From Promethearchaeota archaeon (lineage in GTDB: Archaea; Asgardarchaeota; Hermodarchaeia; Hermodarchaeales; Hermodarchaeaceae), in the NCBI GenBank assembly GCA_048938385.1, contig JBHLMG010000002.1, positions 32,001 through 96,000 of the forward strand: DNA of 64,000 bases, read 5' to 3'. Positions 37,288-46,785 of this stretch are shown in pieces. The position numbers and the translations under genes are program-made. The notes beneath the pieces are model-generated. The model did no database searches. It had not been told where the DNA came from and worked only from the letters and a program-made list of their open reading frames with translations. Within the stretch, counting starts at the first letter, position 1. Every line of letters begins with the position of its first letter.

Positions 37288-37926
37288 ATGAGTTCAAGTT
37301 CAACTTGGCGAAACCGTAGTCGAAATTTAGTGCTTGGCGCGTTAGCTGGTCGTGTTGCAAATCCAACTGATGTCACACGATCTGATAAAGCGCTCATCAG
37401 TGTGAACGAGGGTACCTTGTATTTTCCGATTTTCTACCAAAACCATGAGGTAGGAGGAATATTCATTGGATACGGACAGGTCATTGTCGATGCTATTGTA
37501 GAAACCACTCGTGGTGCTTTGGGGAAAAGTTATGAGTTTTTCTGGAATGGGAGCCTTTTTCTGATCAGTGAAGATGGTGAATGGTCTCCACCAAGCACGG
37601 AACCTGTGCGTGAACGGGACATCCATGAATTCCTACTTAGTTCCGTTGATGAAGCACAGGAAAGAGCCCAAAACATCTTTGATAGATTTTTAGATCAAAA
37701 TCGCAATTGGTTCACTGATACCTTCTTTCAGCGTAATCGGGGTTGGATAGCCACGATATTAGATACGCAACGTGGAAAGTGTGGTATTATTGCAAGTGAA
37801 GATCGACTTATTTTGAACATAGGTCAACTCAAACTAATTCTTACTGGGAATAAGCTGGTACACAAAGAAGGTCGGAAGAAAGTGTTGGTCGCAGGAAGAG
37901 GAGGACCAATTATCCGCTTCGGTTAA
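37288..37926 (+). CDS. Hypothetical protein (same operon as ArsR)
   Basis: 212-aa beta-rich ORF. No motif recognised. Confidence 0.7.
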   Translation: MSSSSTWRNRSRNLVLGALAGRVANPTDVTRSDKALISVNEGTLYFPIFYQNHEVGGIFIGYGQVIVDAIVETTRGALGKSYEFFWNGSLFLISEDGEWSPPSTEPVRERDIHEFLLSSVDEAQERAQNIFDRFLDQNRNWFTDTFFQRNRGWIATILDTQRGKCGIIASEDRLILNIGQLKLILTGNKLVHKEGRKKVLVAGRGGPIIRFG

Positions 37927-38094
37927 GTAGCGTAGGCCCGAGGCGGCTCCTCTTCCCCCCTTCTTTTTTGGCATCTTTTTAATTACATTACCATCTGTGG
38001 TTTTAGTGGAAGAGCTTTTGAGGATAAAGGTAGAGAAGGGACCCCAGTTCGTCTCTGTGATATAAGGTGCACAATTGACGAATAACCTCATTGG

Positions 38095-41000
38095 GTGTTT
38101 GATAGCATGGCACTGCTTGATTATGGAGGTTTGGTGCAAACCTACCAAAACGCATTTGAAACAGCTCAGACTGAGCTGGTAGAGATTGCGAAGCACCTGA
38201 CCAAAGCGAAGGGTCAAGGTATTATCGACATTCTCGGACAAATTACTGAATTATTACAACGAATTCAATTAGCATCTGCAACACCAAAGCTTGAGTTAGA
38301 AGTTGCACGGGCCATCGCTAGAGATTATGATACCATTGCTCAACGATGGCGAGAACTAGAACGCTATTTTATTGAAGAAATAAAATACGATGATTATGTG
38401 TATCGCTCAGACGAGGACCGAGCTGAAGCTGCAGCAGAAGCGTTGACACTTATTCGAAACCAAACTCTCCATTCATTAGAAGTTGCTGGGACGATGTTCG
38501 GTCTGTCTCATGAATGGCGTCGCGCTGCAAAGTGCTTCAGTACAGTTGTACAAGCACGGAAAGCCGAAGAGAATCCTCTTGCAGCACTTCCCGCTATCAT
38601 TCGTGAATATCGGTGTTATGAGGAATTAGCTGACATCCCTCAGGTACTTAGCATCGGTCGCGCTATTTTTCGGCTCCTAAGTAATATCACTGTCTCCCTC
38701 TCCGAAGAAGACCAACATATGCTTTCTGAGGCAACAGAGTTTTTCCGAAAAACCGCCATGACGGCAGTAACCAATCGACAAAAGGATCCAGATGTGAATG
38801 TCTCGCTTGCAGCTGTATATCTTTGGAACGAAGCTATTGCTCTAGCTCTACTCGCTGATCCTGAGGATGATAAGGCGTTAATTCGCTTTCGCGCATTAGC
38901 GGAATTTTTTGAACAGGTTGGTAAGGAAGAACTCGCTCAACCCTCTCCATCCCTTAAACGATTTATCGGTAGTTACATGGAAGGGGCTTTTGCTTATCTT
39001 CGAATCACACGAGATATCTCTGGGTTCACTGTTGGTGAAGCCAGGCATCAGAGTGTTCAACTAACTCAATACGCTGCAGATTTCATTCTCACGCTTATTG
39101 AAAGACTTGGATATCAACAGGTTCGGATTGTGGATGACGCAACCAAGGCAATGAAGGGACTTATTGCAGTGTTTGAGCTAATTCAACGGGGATATGAGGG
39201 GGCAAGGGCTTTCCAAGAATTGGCAAAACAAGCAGGCGTCATCTTAGTGCATGCACAGCATCAACAGGATCAACCTCTCATCGATCTTGCAATGGTATAT
39301 CGATGGTTATGTGAGGGGGCAAGCAGCGCGCTTCATGTAATTTCTTCAAAACTCGTCTCAGATATCTATCGGATTGGTATTGTTAGCGATGTTTTAGATA
39401 TTGGCTCAAAGGAGGAACTTAGGCATCGAATTATGGATCTCCTTGGGCTTGAAGAGGAAGATGACATCTTTGGTCTTCTCCTTGATGCTGAAGTAGAATT
39501 TGATGATGTTGTTGACTTATTCAAGAGTCTGGATCTCTTTTGGGTCGCAGCGATTTGCAAACTCAATTTAGGTCAATTACGCCAGAACCTTAGTTTTCTC
39601 GAACTAAAAATGGAGCCACCTGAGTCAGCAGAACAAGCCTTAGATAGCGCTGAGGCGGAGACAGAGGGTGAGGATATGCCATTTTGGGGTGCAGCACCGT
39701 CTATTGATTTTATTACCGCTGCTGATCTCTATTCATATTCGTTTCGATTAAAGCGTGGGGTAGACGAAACTCTTCCCATAGAATTAGCAGGAGAACAAGA
39801 ATCTTGGATTCCCCATCGTGATCCAGATGATCTCCGTCGTCGTGCAGCTCATAGTCATTGGCTTGCAGGACTTGCGAACCTCGAAGAAGGGAAAATCGAG
39901 GAAGGTGGACGCGAGCTTTTTCTAGCGAAAAATGCTTACGAGTTACTGGATCGTCACCGAGAAGCTATTGCTTGTTTGGAGGTGTGGATGCGCCAATTAG
40001 TTATTACAATTACAGGGGATGAACTTGGTGGCGCTCGGCCTACACAAGCCCGATTAAGAGAAGTACTAACTGTTACTGATGAATTAGTTGGTTTGTATAC
40101 TTTGCGGCGAACAAGTGCGGGAACCATCGATGACATTCTCGGAGTTGTGCAATTCCTACAAAACCAGGTGGGTATGGAAAACTGGACCCTTATTGTATAC
40201 CTCAGGACAATTGAGTATGTACGTGAAGCCTTACGAGTAGCTATGCACTTTGGGACTCCCGAACGAGTTCTAGAAATTCTTCGCTTCCTTCGGGAAGAAC
40301 TTCGCGACTTCCTCGATAGCGATTTTGCTATCGGTATCTATCCCAACTTCGAAACAGAGACCACTGTATATTTCGAAGCAGAAACGCCTATCAAACTTGC
40401 TATCCTCAATGTCTCTGACAAGGAAGCTGCTAACCTCTCCATTCGACCTTTGGGTGTGCTCCCGCATATTTCCCCTAGTTCATCCCAACCTTGGAAAGCT
40501 TCTCGTGATCCCAGCCAGGTCACATTGAAGCACTTCTACATTGGTTGTGATGATGCCGCTTTTGATATCGATGAAGAGACCTACTATCAGAAGCCTGCAG
40601 ATGCTTTTGGTCCTCCACACCCGATACCAGTCACCTTAACCAGTTCTTCGGCACCCGAACAGGAACCAGGTTCACCATCACAGCAAATTATTAGTCAACA
40701 ACCTTGGCTTGGTGTCATGTGGACTGGGGATTACAACGGAACATCTATTGGCAATCTGGCGGCATTTACAGAGGAACCCACTACTGCAGAGATGCCTCTC
40801 CGTTCTCTTGATGCTCTCACCCAATCAGCGTTCTTCACGGTTTTTACAAAGTCCGCTCGTGAAGGCAATATTCTTCCAGGGCAAATATTCCCTGTCACCT
40901 TCGGCATTTACCATCCAGGATCTGCTCAACCTATTGCCATCCAAACCGTCTTCTTCAAAATCGCTAGCCGCCCTAAAATCCTAAAGGCCAACACCAATTG

Positions 41001-42972
41001 GGTCACGACCTTGGATAATAACTGGGAAGAATCCTTTGGAATTACCTTCGAAAAAGGTGCCCAACTACCAAAGTATGTTCCACGCTTTGCTCCCGAATAC
41101 GAGTTGAAAACCTATGTGAATCCCTCTACCCTTGTACCCACCATCACAATGGGCTCTGATGCTGTCACAATCACCAAATACCTCAAGAATGTTCCTTTCC
41201 TCTTCAACCTACGCTATAAAGGCAAACGGGAGCTTTACTCTGGGAATAATTTCCTTGTTGAGAGTGATATCAGTCTTGAAATGCCGATTCAAGGTCGCGT
41301 CGAGGGTGAGTATGAATTCTTACGCATTCGCACTCCTCCTCAAATGATAACAGCTGAGGAGTTGGCACAACCACGGCTACGGAATGGTGTCAATTTCCAA
41401 GAGCTGTTTTATGGCACGGTGTTCATCGGAGATTCGAAATACGATGGTGAATACTACATCTATCGCTTATGGATATGTTTCCAACCCGGTGAACGGACAC
41501 CTGCTCCTGGAGCAAATTACCGACAAGGATGGACAAACCATCGTCTCGACATATTCTTGGACCCGAAAACCTGGGAACCTCGACTCTTAATCACCGATTA
41601 TTTCATTGAATTCGAAGATGGTCGAGGAGAATGGGTAGAAGCTCTATTCACTTTCAAGGCTGCCAGTTCTACTTGGTTTGGTATTCGTCGCCTTACTGCT
41701 GATTTACAACGGGAAGATGATCTCACCCGGTATCCTGCAGCTTTTGAAAACGAAATTCGCCATGCCCTCAGAGATCTGGGCGTCGATGAACAGACTCCTT
41801 TGAAACTGACAGGGTTCGCTCTAGGTCAGCGTCTTGGCTTCATCGAACTGATTCGTGCTAGCTGGTCCCGGAATAAACAGGATGGTCCTGTCATCTTCAA
41901 ACCGCCACGAGCTCACCTCTTCCGGGACTATTGGAGCCAACGTTATGAACACGGTCTTTATCGTGAAGACTGGCAAGGAGGCCCGGATATCAACCTCTAT
42001 GAAATGAAATTCAATGATCGAAGTGGTGGGCACTCCAAGTACATCCGAGCCTCTCGCAAACGGGATTTCCCCCATGAAGTTGGTATCATGACGCGTGAAG
42101 GAGATCGCTGCGATCTTGTCATCACACCTCCTGGAGAAGCCAGTATTCCGATAACCTTACGAAATCTCATTAATCCCCGAAAAATCGAGCTTTGGACCCG
42201 CCCACATGTTAGCTTCAGCCGCCGCTTCAACTTCATCGCCAAATACTTCGGTCGACCACCGAAAATCCACACCACTAGTCTCTACTTCTATAGTACACGC
42301 CGTGAACTTAACCCCTACTATAAAGGCCAAGTTCGCGGGAAAGACCAATGGGTACACTATCCCGCAGCAAAATACTGGACTGGCAAAAAATGGGCTCCTA
42401 TTCCACAAGACTTCCATCCTGCCCAACACCCGGAAAACATCGCTTATGGTATCAATACCTGGCTGGAAGCTGACGCTTACTGGGTCTACCGCTATGTCTG
42501 GTACTGGCCCCTTGAAATCACATTTCCTCTCCCTCACTCTGACTGGGAGCGCGCTGACATTTGGATCAACGCTCGAACAGGCAACATCGAATGGATTACC
42601 AGCGACTATCACTGGCGCGAGCTATGGTATGAGAACTCTGTAAAGGTCCGTGAAGTTAATCCAATCATCGACTTTCTCTTCAACTGGAACACTCCTGAAC
42701 CCCTGACGGTAAAAGATGGAGCCCAAGTTCACCAACCTCTTGCTCCCTACTTTGGTGAGGGTAAGACTATCGGTGAGTTCGCAGATCAACTCCCGTGGCT
42801 TTTCGCACGATACAAGCACAGCTGTGAACACCTACACAAGCTCCACTCTTCCTTCTGGGGTAAGCATAAAGTCAAAATCGTCTACGGGTTCCTTGCTCTC
42901 ATCATTCTGACCATTGTGTTGTTCACGGTTCCGCCCATTCGCGACTTCATCCTAGGACTTCTTCCACCTTGA
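38095..42972 (+). CDS. Giant multidomain protein: SNAP/TPR-like alpha-solenoid, Ig-like region, duplicated aromatic-rich beta domain and C-terminal TM anchor
   Basis: 1625-aa ORF. AGTMFGLSHEWRRAAKCF resembles an alpha-SNAP repeat. There are two YR...(W/H)R.DI...(T/S)DY units and a C-terminal IVYGFLALIILTIVLFTV. No signal peptide. Confidence 0.8.
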   Translation: MFDSMALLDYGGLVQTYQNAFETAQTELVEIAKHLTKAKGQGIIDILGQITELLQRIQLASATPKLELEVARAIARDYDTIAQRWRELERYFIEEIKYDDYVYRSDEDRAEAAAEALTLIRNQTLHSLEVAGTMFGLSHEWRRAAKCFSTVVQARKAEENPLAALPAIIREYRCYEELADIPQVLSIGRAIFRLLSNITVSLSEEDQHMLSEATEFFRKTAMTAVTNRQKDPDVNVSLAAVYLWNEAIALALLADPEDDKALIRFRALAEFFEQVGKEELAQPSPSLKRFIGSYMEGAFAYLRITRDISGFTVGEARHQSVQLTQYAADFILTLIERLGYQQVRIVDDATKAMKGLIAVFELIQRGYEGARAFQELAKQAGVILVHAQHQQDQPLIDLAMVYRWLCEGASSALHVISSKLVSDIYRIGIVSDVLDIGSKEELRHRIMDLLGLEEEDDIFGLLLDAEVEFDDVVDLFKSLDLFWVAAICKLNLGQLRQNLSFLELKMEPPESAEQALDSAEAETEGEDMPFWGAAPSIDFITAADLYSYSFRLKRGVDETLPIELAGEQESWIPHRDPDDLRRRAAHSHWLAGLANLEEGKIEEGGRELFLAKNAYELLDRHREAIACLEVWMRQLVITITGDELGGARPTQARLREVLTVTDELVGLYTLRRTSAGTIDDILGVVQFLQNQVGMENWTLIVYLRTIEYVREALRVAMHFGTPERVLEILRFLREELRDFLDSDFAIGIYPNFETETTVYFEAETPIKLAILNVSDKEAANLSIRPLGVLPHISPSSSQPWKASRDPSQVTLKHFYIGCDDAAFDIDEETYYQKPADAFGPPHPIPVTLTSSSAPEQEPGSPSQQIISQQPWLGVMWTGDYNGTSIGNLAAFTEEPTTAEMPLRSLDALTQSAFFTVFTKSAREGNILPGQIFPVTFGIYHPGSAQPIAIQTVFFKIASRPKILKANTNWVTTLDNNWEESFGITFEKGAQLPKYVPRFAPEYELKTYVNPSTLVPTITMGSDAVTITKYLKNVPFLFNLRYKGKRELYSGNNFLVESDISLEMPIQGRVEGEYEFLRIRTPPQMITAEELAQPRLRNGVNFQELFYGTVFIGDSKYDGEYYIYRLWICFQPGERTPAPGANYRQGWTNHRLDIFLDPKTWEPRLLITDYFIEFEDGRGEWVEALFTFKAASSTWFGIRRLTADLQREDDLTRYPAAFENEIRHALRDLGVDEQTPLKLTGFALGQRLGFIELIRASWSRNKQDGPVIFKPPRAHLFRDYWSQRYEHGLYREDWQGGPDINLYEMKFNDRSGGHSKYIRASRKRDFPHEVGIMTREGDRCDLVITPPGEASIPITLRNLINPRKIELWTRPHVSFSRRFNFIAKYFGRPPKIHTTSLYFYSTRRELNPYYKGQVRGKDQWVHYPAAKYWTGKKWAPIPQDFHPAQHPENIAYGINTWLEADAYWVYRYVWYWPLEITFPLPHSDWERADIWINARTGNIEWITSDYHWRELWYENSVKVREVNPIIDFLFNWNTPEPLTVKDGAQVHQPLAPYFGEGKTIGEFADQLPWLFARYKHSCEHLHKLHSSFWGKHKVKIVYGFLALIILTIVLFTVPPIRDFILGLLPP

Positions 42973-43053
42973 AATCCAGTGAAACGCAACATTAAGCTTT
43001 AAGTGGTCCAGTATCCTACAGTCTCCCAGTGAAGGCAATCAACTCTCCACTAG

Positions 43054-44259
43054 GTGAACGCTATGAAAGTAGAAGATGTAAAGAATGTCACTGTCCTAGG
43101 TGCTGGCCTTATGGGTCATGGCATCACCCAGTCTTTTGCTCAAGCTGACTTTAATGTGATCATGGTCGATATTAAAGACGAATTCGTCAATACTGGTCTA
43201 GGTAATATTAAGTGGAGCCTTGGCAAATTTCTCGAAAAGGGTAAAATCTCCTCAGCAGACCACGATGCTATCCTCAATCGGATTACCACATCCATAGACC
43301 GAGATGCAGCAGTAAAACACGCTGATCTTATTGTCGAAGCCATCCCTGAAATTCTTCCTCTCAAACAGGAAGTCTTCGCAGATGTCGAAACCAAAGCACC
43401 TAAACACGCCATCCTTGCCACCAACACCAGCTCTCTACCAATCACTGATATCGCTTCAGTGACCCAACACCCCGAAAAAGTCATTGGAATGCATTTTTTT
43501 TCACCAGTTGTGAGGATGAATATTGTTGAAATAATTAAAGGAGAAAAAACTACAGATGATGTCGCTAAAGTCATCTATGCGTTGACTGAAAAGATGGGCA
43601 AAGAACCGGTCATGTGTAATAAGGATGTTCCCGGATTCATCGCAAATGGCATACAAATGTTTCCCTTGAATTTTGTGGGGCAGCTCGTGGATTCAGGGAG
43701 GTTTTCTCCTGAAGAGATTGATTCTGCAACGACGATGAAACTCGGTCTTCCGATGGGAACCTTTGGTTTGTTAGATTTTGTTGGCATTGATGTTGTCTAT
43801 AATGTTCTTAAGTTTATGACGACCCGAATTCCTGGTATGAGAATGGCGAAATGTCTTGAAGCGAAGATACAAAAGGGCGAATTAGGCGCAAAAACGGGGA
43901 AGGGGTTCTATGAGCACCCTGGAAATCGTTGGCAACGACCTACAGTATGGTCCCAAGCGTTAGCTGATAAGTTTGACCCGCAACTTGTGGTTGTAGTGGG
44001 GATTAACCGTGCAGCTGAGCTGGTTGCCGACGGCGTCGCATCACCTGCAGATATTGACAAGACCATGAAGCTGGGTTTCAATCAACCTGTAGGCACCCTA
44101 GAATTAGCTGACTCCTTGGGCATCGATGCTGTCGTAGATAAACTCGAGTTCATTGCCAAAGAGTACGATAACTTCTACTCGCCACATCCATTTCTGAAAC
44201 AAATGGTCAAAGCGAAGAAACTAGGCATGAAAACAGGTGAGGGCTTCTTTAAGTACTAA
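43054..44259 (+). CDS. 3-hydroxyacyl-CoA dehydrogenase (duplicated C-terminal domain)
   Basis: GAGLMGHGI, EAIPE...K, ATNTSSL, GMHFF.P, PGFIAN, and LG.KTG.GF twice. Confidence 0.95.
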   Translation: MNAMKVEDVKNVTVLGAGLMGHGITQSFAQADFNVIMVDIKDEFVNTGLGNIKWSLGKFLEKGKISSADHDAILNRITTSIDRDAAVKHADLIVEAIPEILPLKQEVFADVETKAPKHAILATNTSSLPITDIASVTQHPEKVIGMHFFSPVVRMNIVEIIKGEKTTDDVAKVIYALTEKMGKEPVMCNKDVPGFIANGIQMFPLNFVGQLVDSGRFSPEEIDSATTMKLGLPMGTFGLLDFVGIDVVYNVLKFMTTRIPGMRMAKCLEAKIQKGELGAKTGKGFYEHPGNRWQRPTVWSQALADKFDPQLVVVVGINRAAELVADGVASPADIDKTMKLGFNQPVGTLELADSLGIDAVVDKLEFIAKEYDNFYSPHPFLKQMVKAKKLGMKTGEGFFKY

Positions 44260-44545
44260 GAGGTTCTCTCCAGCATCGGACCTAACTCTGCGAGGGCTCT
44301 TTTCGACACACTATTTAGCTTTCGAAAATAGAACCGATAACAACAACGCCGACAATTGCCAGTCTAAGAGTTAAGGTTCCGACCGCTGGTGGTTCTTGGG
44401 GATAGGGGTTTGTATTTGAACTTGAATTGATTGGATTGCACTCCAAGGACTTGATACTACTGTATTCAGGGAAGGCTTTGTGTTGGTGCATTAGACTAAT
44501 AACTACTCAAACCAAGAGGAGGTAAGCATCTTTAGAGGCCAAGTA

Positions 44546-45199
44546 TTGAACGCGTTTATTCTTTTCCTCATTTCTGTGGTGCTGATTTCATTGAGCGGCG
44601 CACTTGCACCTGGCCCACTGCTATTTACTAATTTATCCAATGCCTCCCGGTGGGGATGGAAGGGCGGTGTCTGGCTTTCTATTGGTCACACAGTAGTCGA
44701 ATTCCCAGTGATTCTCCTTATTACCTATGGACTTAGCTATTTGATCTACATTCCGTTCCTTCAGTTCATCATTAGTCTTCTTGGGGGTTTTGTACTACTC
44801 GTTGTTGGTATCTTCCAACTACACGAGGCACTAAAGTCCTTCAATGAAATCGAAGATGGCGACTTAGCAAAACTTCGACCCACCCGGCATCCTTTCATGA
44901 TCGGTTTAGCATTTTCTGCTCTAAATCCCTTTTTCCTTGTTTGGTGGTTCACCGTCGGAGCTTCACTTGTACTCATTGCCTGGCTTTTTGCATCAGTCCT
45001 TGGAGTATTAGTAATGTTCGCAAGCCATGTTTGGATTGATTATGTCTGGCTTGCTGGAACGGCTTGGCTCACGGAGAAAGGGATGACCCTTGTTAGCACG
45101 AAAGGATACAGGATACTTCTAGGTGGATTTGGACTGTTGCTAGCCTTTTTTGGTATTCAGTTCTGTTTCAACGCTTTGCTCCTTTTAAATATCTTTTAG
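44546..45199 (+). CDS. LysE family transporter
   Basis: LSGALAPGPL, GH..VE and LNPFFLVWW. Confidence 0.88.
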   Translation: MNAFILFLISVVLISLSGALAPGPLLFTNLSNASRWGWKGGVWLSIGHTVVEFPVILLITYGLSYLIYIPFLQFIISLLGGFVLLVVGIFQLHEALKSFNEIEDGDLAKLRPTRHPFMIGLAFSALNPFFLVWWFTVGASLVLIAWLFASVLGVLVMFASHVWIDYVWLAGTAWLTEKGMTLVSTKGYRILLGGFGLLLAFFGIQFCFNALLLLNIF

Positions 45200-46785
45200 G
45201 ATTTTGCCCGTTCTCGTTTTCCATATCCCCCGCCACCTGGGGTCTGAATGCTAATGATGTCACCTTTGGTTGCAGTAAAGGTCACTTTTCCTGGAAGCGT
45301 ATTCCATTTTCCATTTCGCCAATACGAATTCCTTCCCCTTTTACCCGGTCTTCCACCTTGTAATCCCCAGGGTGCAAATTTGCGTCGTTCACTCTGAATT
45401 GATACAACCGCATAGTTTGCAAGGATCTCAATGTCTCGGCGGATACCCATACCTCCATGGTATTTACCAACTCCACCGCTTCTCGGCATGAGGCGATAGC
45501 GGAGAACTCGTAATGGATATGTGGTTTCAAGGGCTTCAATTGGTGTATTGGCAGTATTCGTCATATGGCTGTGAATACCATTCAAGCCGTCAGCATTGGG
45601 ACGGGCTCCTAAACCGCCACCGATGGTTTCATAAAATGTAAAGAGGTCTTCAGTCTTAGGGATAGGTCCACCTATCGTGAGGTTGTTCATCGTTCCTTGG
45701 CTAGCGGCTGGGATACGATCAGGTAAGGCTGGATGAAGGGCCCCGAATAAGAGATCAACGATTCGTTGGGCGGTTTCCACATTACCAGCAGATACTGCGG
45801 CTGGAGGATGAGGATTAAGAATTGAGCCATGGGGAGCGATTACAACGAGAGGTGAGTAACAGCCGGCATTCACAGGAATTGTGGGATCAGTAATGCAGCG
45901 GAGCACATAATAAGAACACGAGAGCGTTACCGCAAAAGGGGCGTTTACATTACCTTGAGTTTGATGGGAACTACCAGAGAAATCAAAAATTATCTGATTT
46001 GATTTAATGGTGATTTTGACAGCTAAAGGCACTGGGTTTGTCGTTATCCCATCATCATCCAAGTAATCAGTAAAAGTAAATTCGCCCTTTGGAATTTTAC
46101 TTATTTCTTTGAGCATCCGTTGGCGCGAATATTCTTGGATATCTGAAATAAAGGTCAATACGACAGGCTGAGAATATTTTTTGATAATGGTAGTGAACCG
46201 AATGACACCTGTGGTATTAGCTGCTAGTTGGGCGTAGAGATCACCTTGGCGTTCAGTCGGCGTTCTTACATTCGATCGGATTAATTCCCAAAGTCCGTCA
46301 TTTCTTTGGCTGTGTTCGAAGAGTTTGGTCGGTGGTATTCGGAGACCTTCTTGGAAGATTTCCGTGGATGCTCCTGGCATTGATCCGGGCGTGGTCCCTC
46401 CAATGTCTGCGTGGTGGGCGCGGTTCGCTACGAAACCAACAACCTGGTTTTCGAAAACGACTGGAGAAAGTAATGTAATGTCTGGAAGATGAGTTCCTCC
46501 TTCGAATGGGTCATTGAGAATCACTACATCTCCTTCATCCCATTGATTGGGAGGGAACCTTTTGAGGGCAGCACTAACTGAGGCTGGCATTGCTCCTAGG
46601 TGAACGGGAATGTGTTCAGCCTGACTCACCATTTGTCCTTTGGCATCAAAGACAGCCGCAGAGCAATCTCGTCGTTCCTTGATATTTGGTGAATAGGCGG
46701 TTCGAACCAGAGCTGCGCCCATTTCTTCGGCCACGGAGATGAAGGCGTTTCGAAGAACTTCAAAGGAAATAGGATCAGTTTTCAT
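45196..46785 (-). CDS. Hydantoinase B / 5-oxoprolinase subunit
   Basis: AEEMG...RTAYSPNIKERRDCS, HIPVHLG, NDPF.GGTHLPD, HHADIGG..PGS and TPGGGGYG. Confidence 0.95.
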   Translation of the reverse strand: MKTDPISFEVLRNAFISVAEEMGAALVRTAYSPNIKERRDCSAAVFDAKGQMVSQAEHIPVHLGAMPASVSAALKRFPPNQWDEGDVVILNDPFEGGTHLPDITLLSPVVFENQVVGFVANRAHHADIGGTTPGSMPGASTEIFQEGLRIPPTKLFEHSQRNDGLWELIRSNVRTPTERQGDLYAQLAANTTGVIRFTTIIKKYSQPVVLTFISDIQEYSRQRMLKEISKIPKGEFTFTDYLDDDGITTNPVPLAVKITIKSNQIIFDFSGSSHQTQGNVNAPFAVTLSCSYYVLRCITDPTIPVNAGCYSPLVVIAPHGSILNPHPPAAVSAGNVETAQRIVDLLFGALHPALPDRIPAASQGTMNNLTIGGPIPKTEDLFTFYETIGGGLGARPNADGLNGIHSHMTNTANTPIEALETTYPLRVLRYRLMPRSGGVGKYHGGMGIRRDIEILANYAVVSIQSERRKFAPWGLQGGRPGKRGRNSYWRNGKWNTLPGKVTFTATKGDIISIQTPGGGGYGKRERAKS

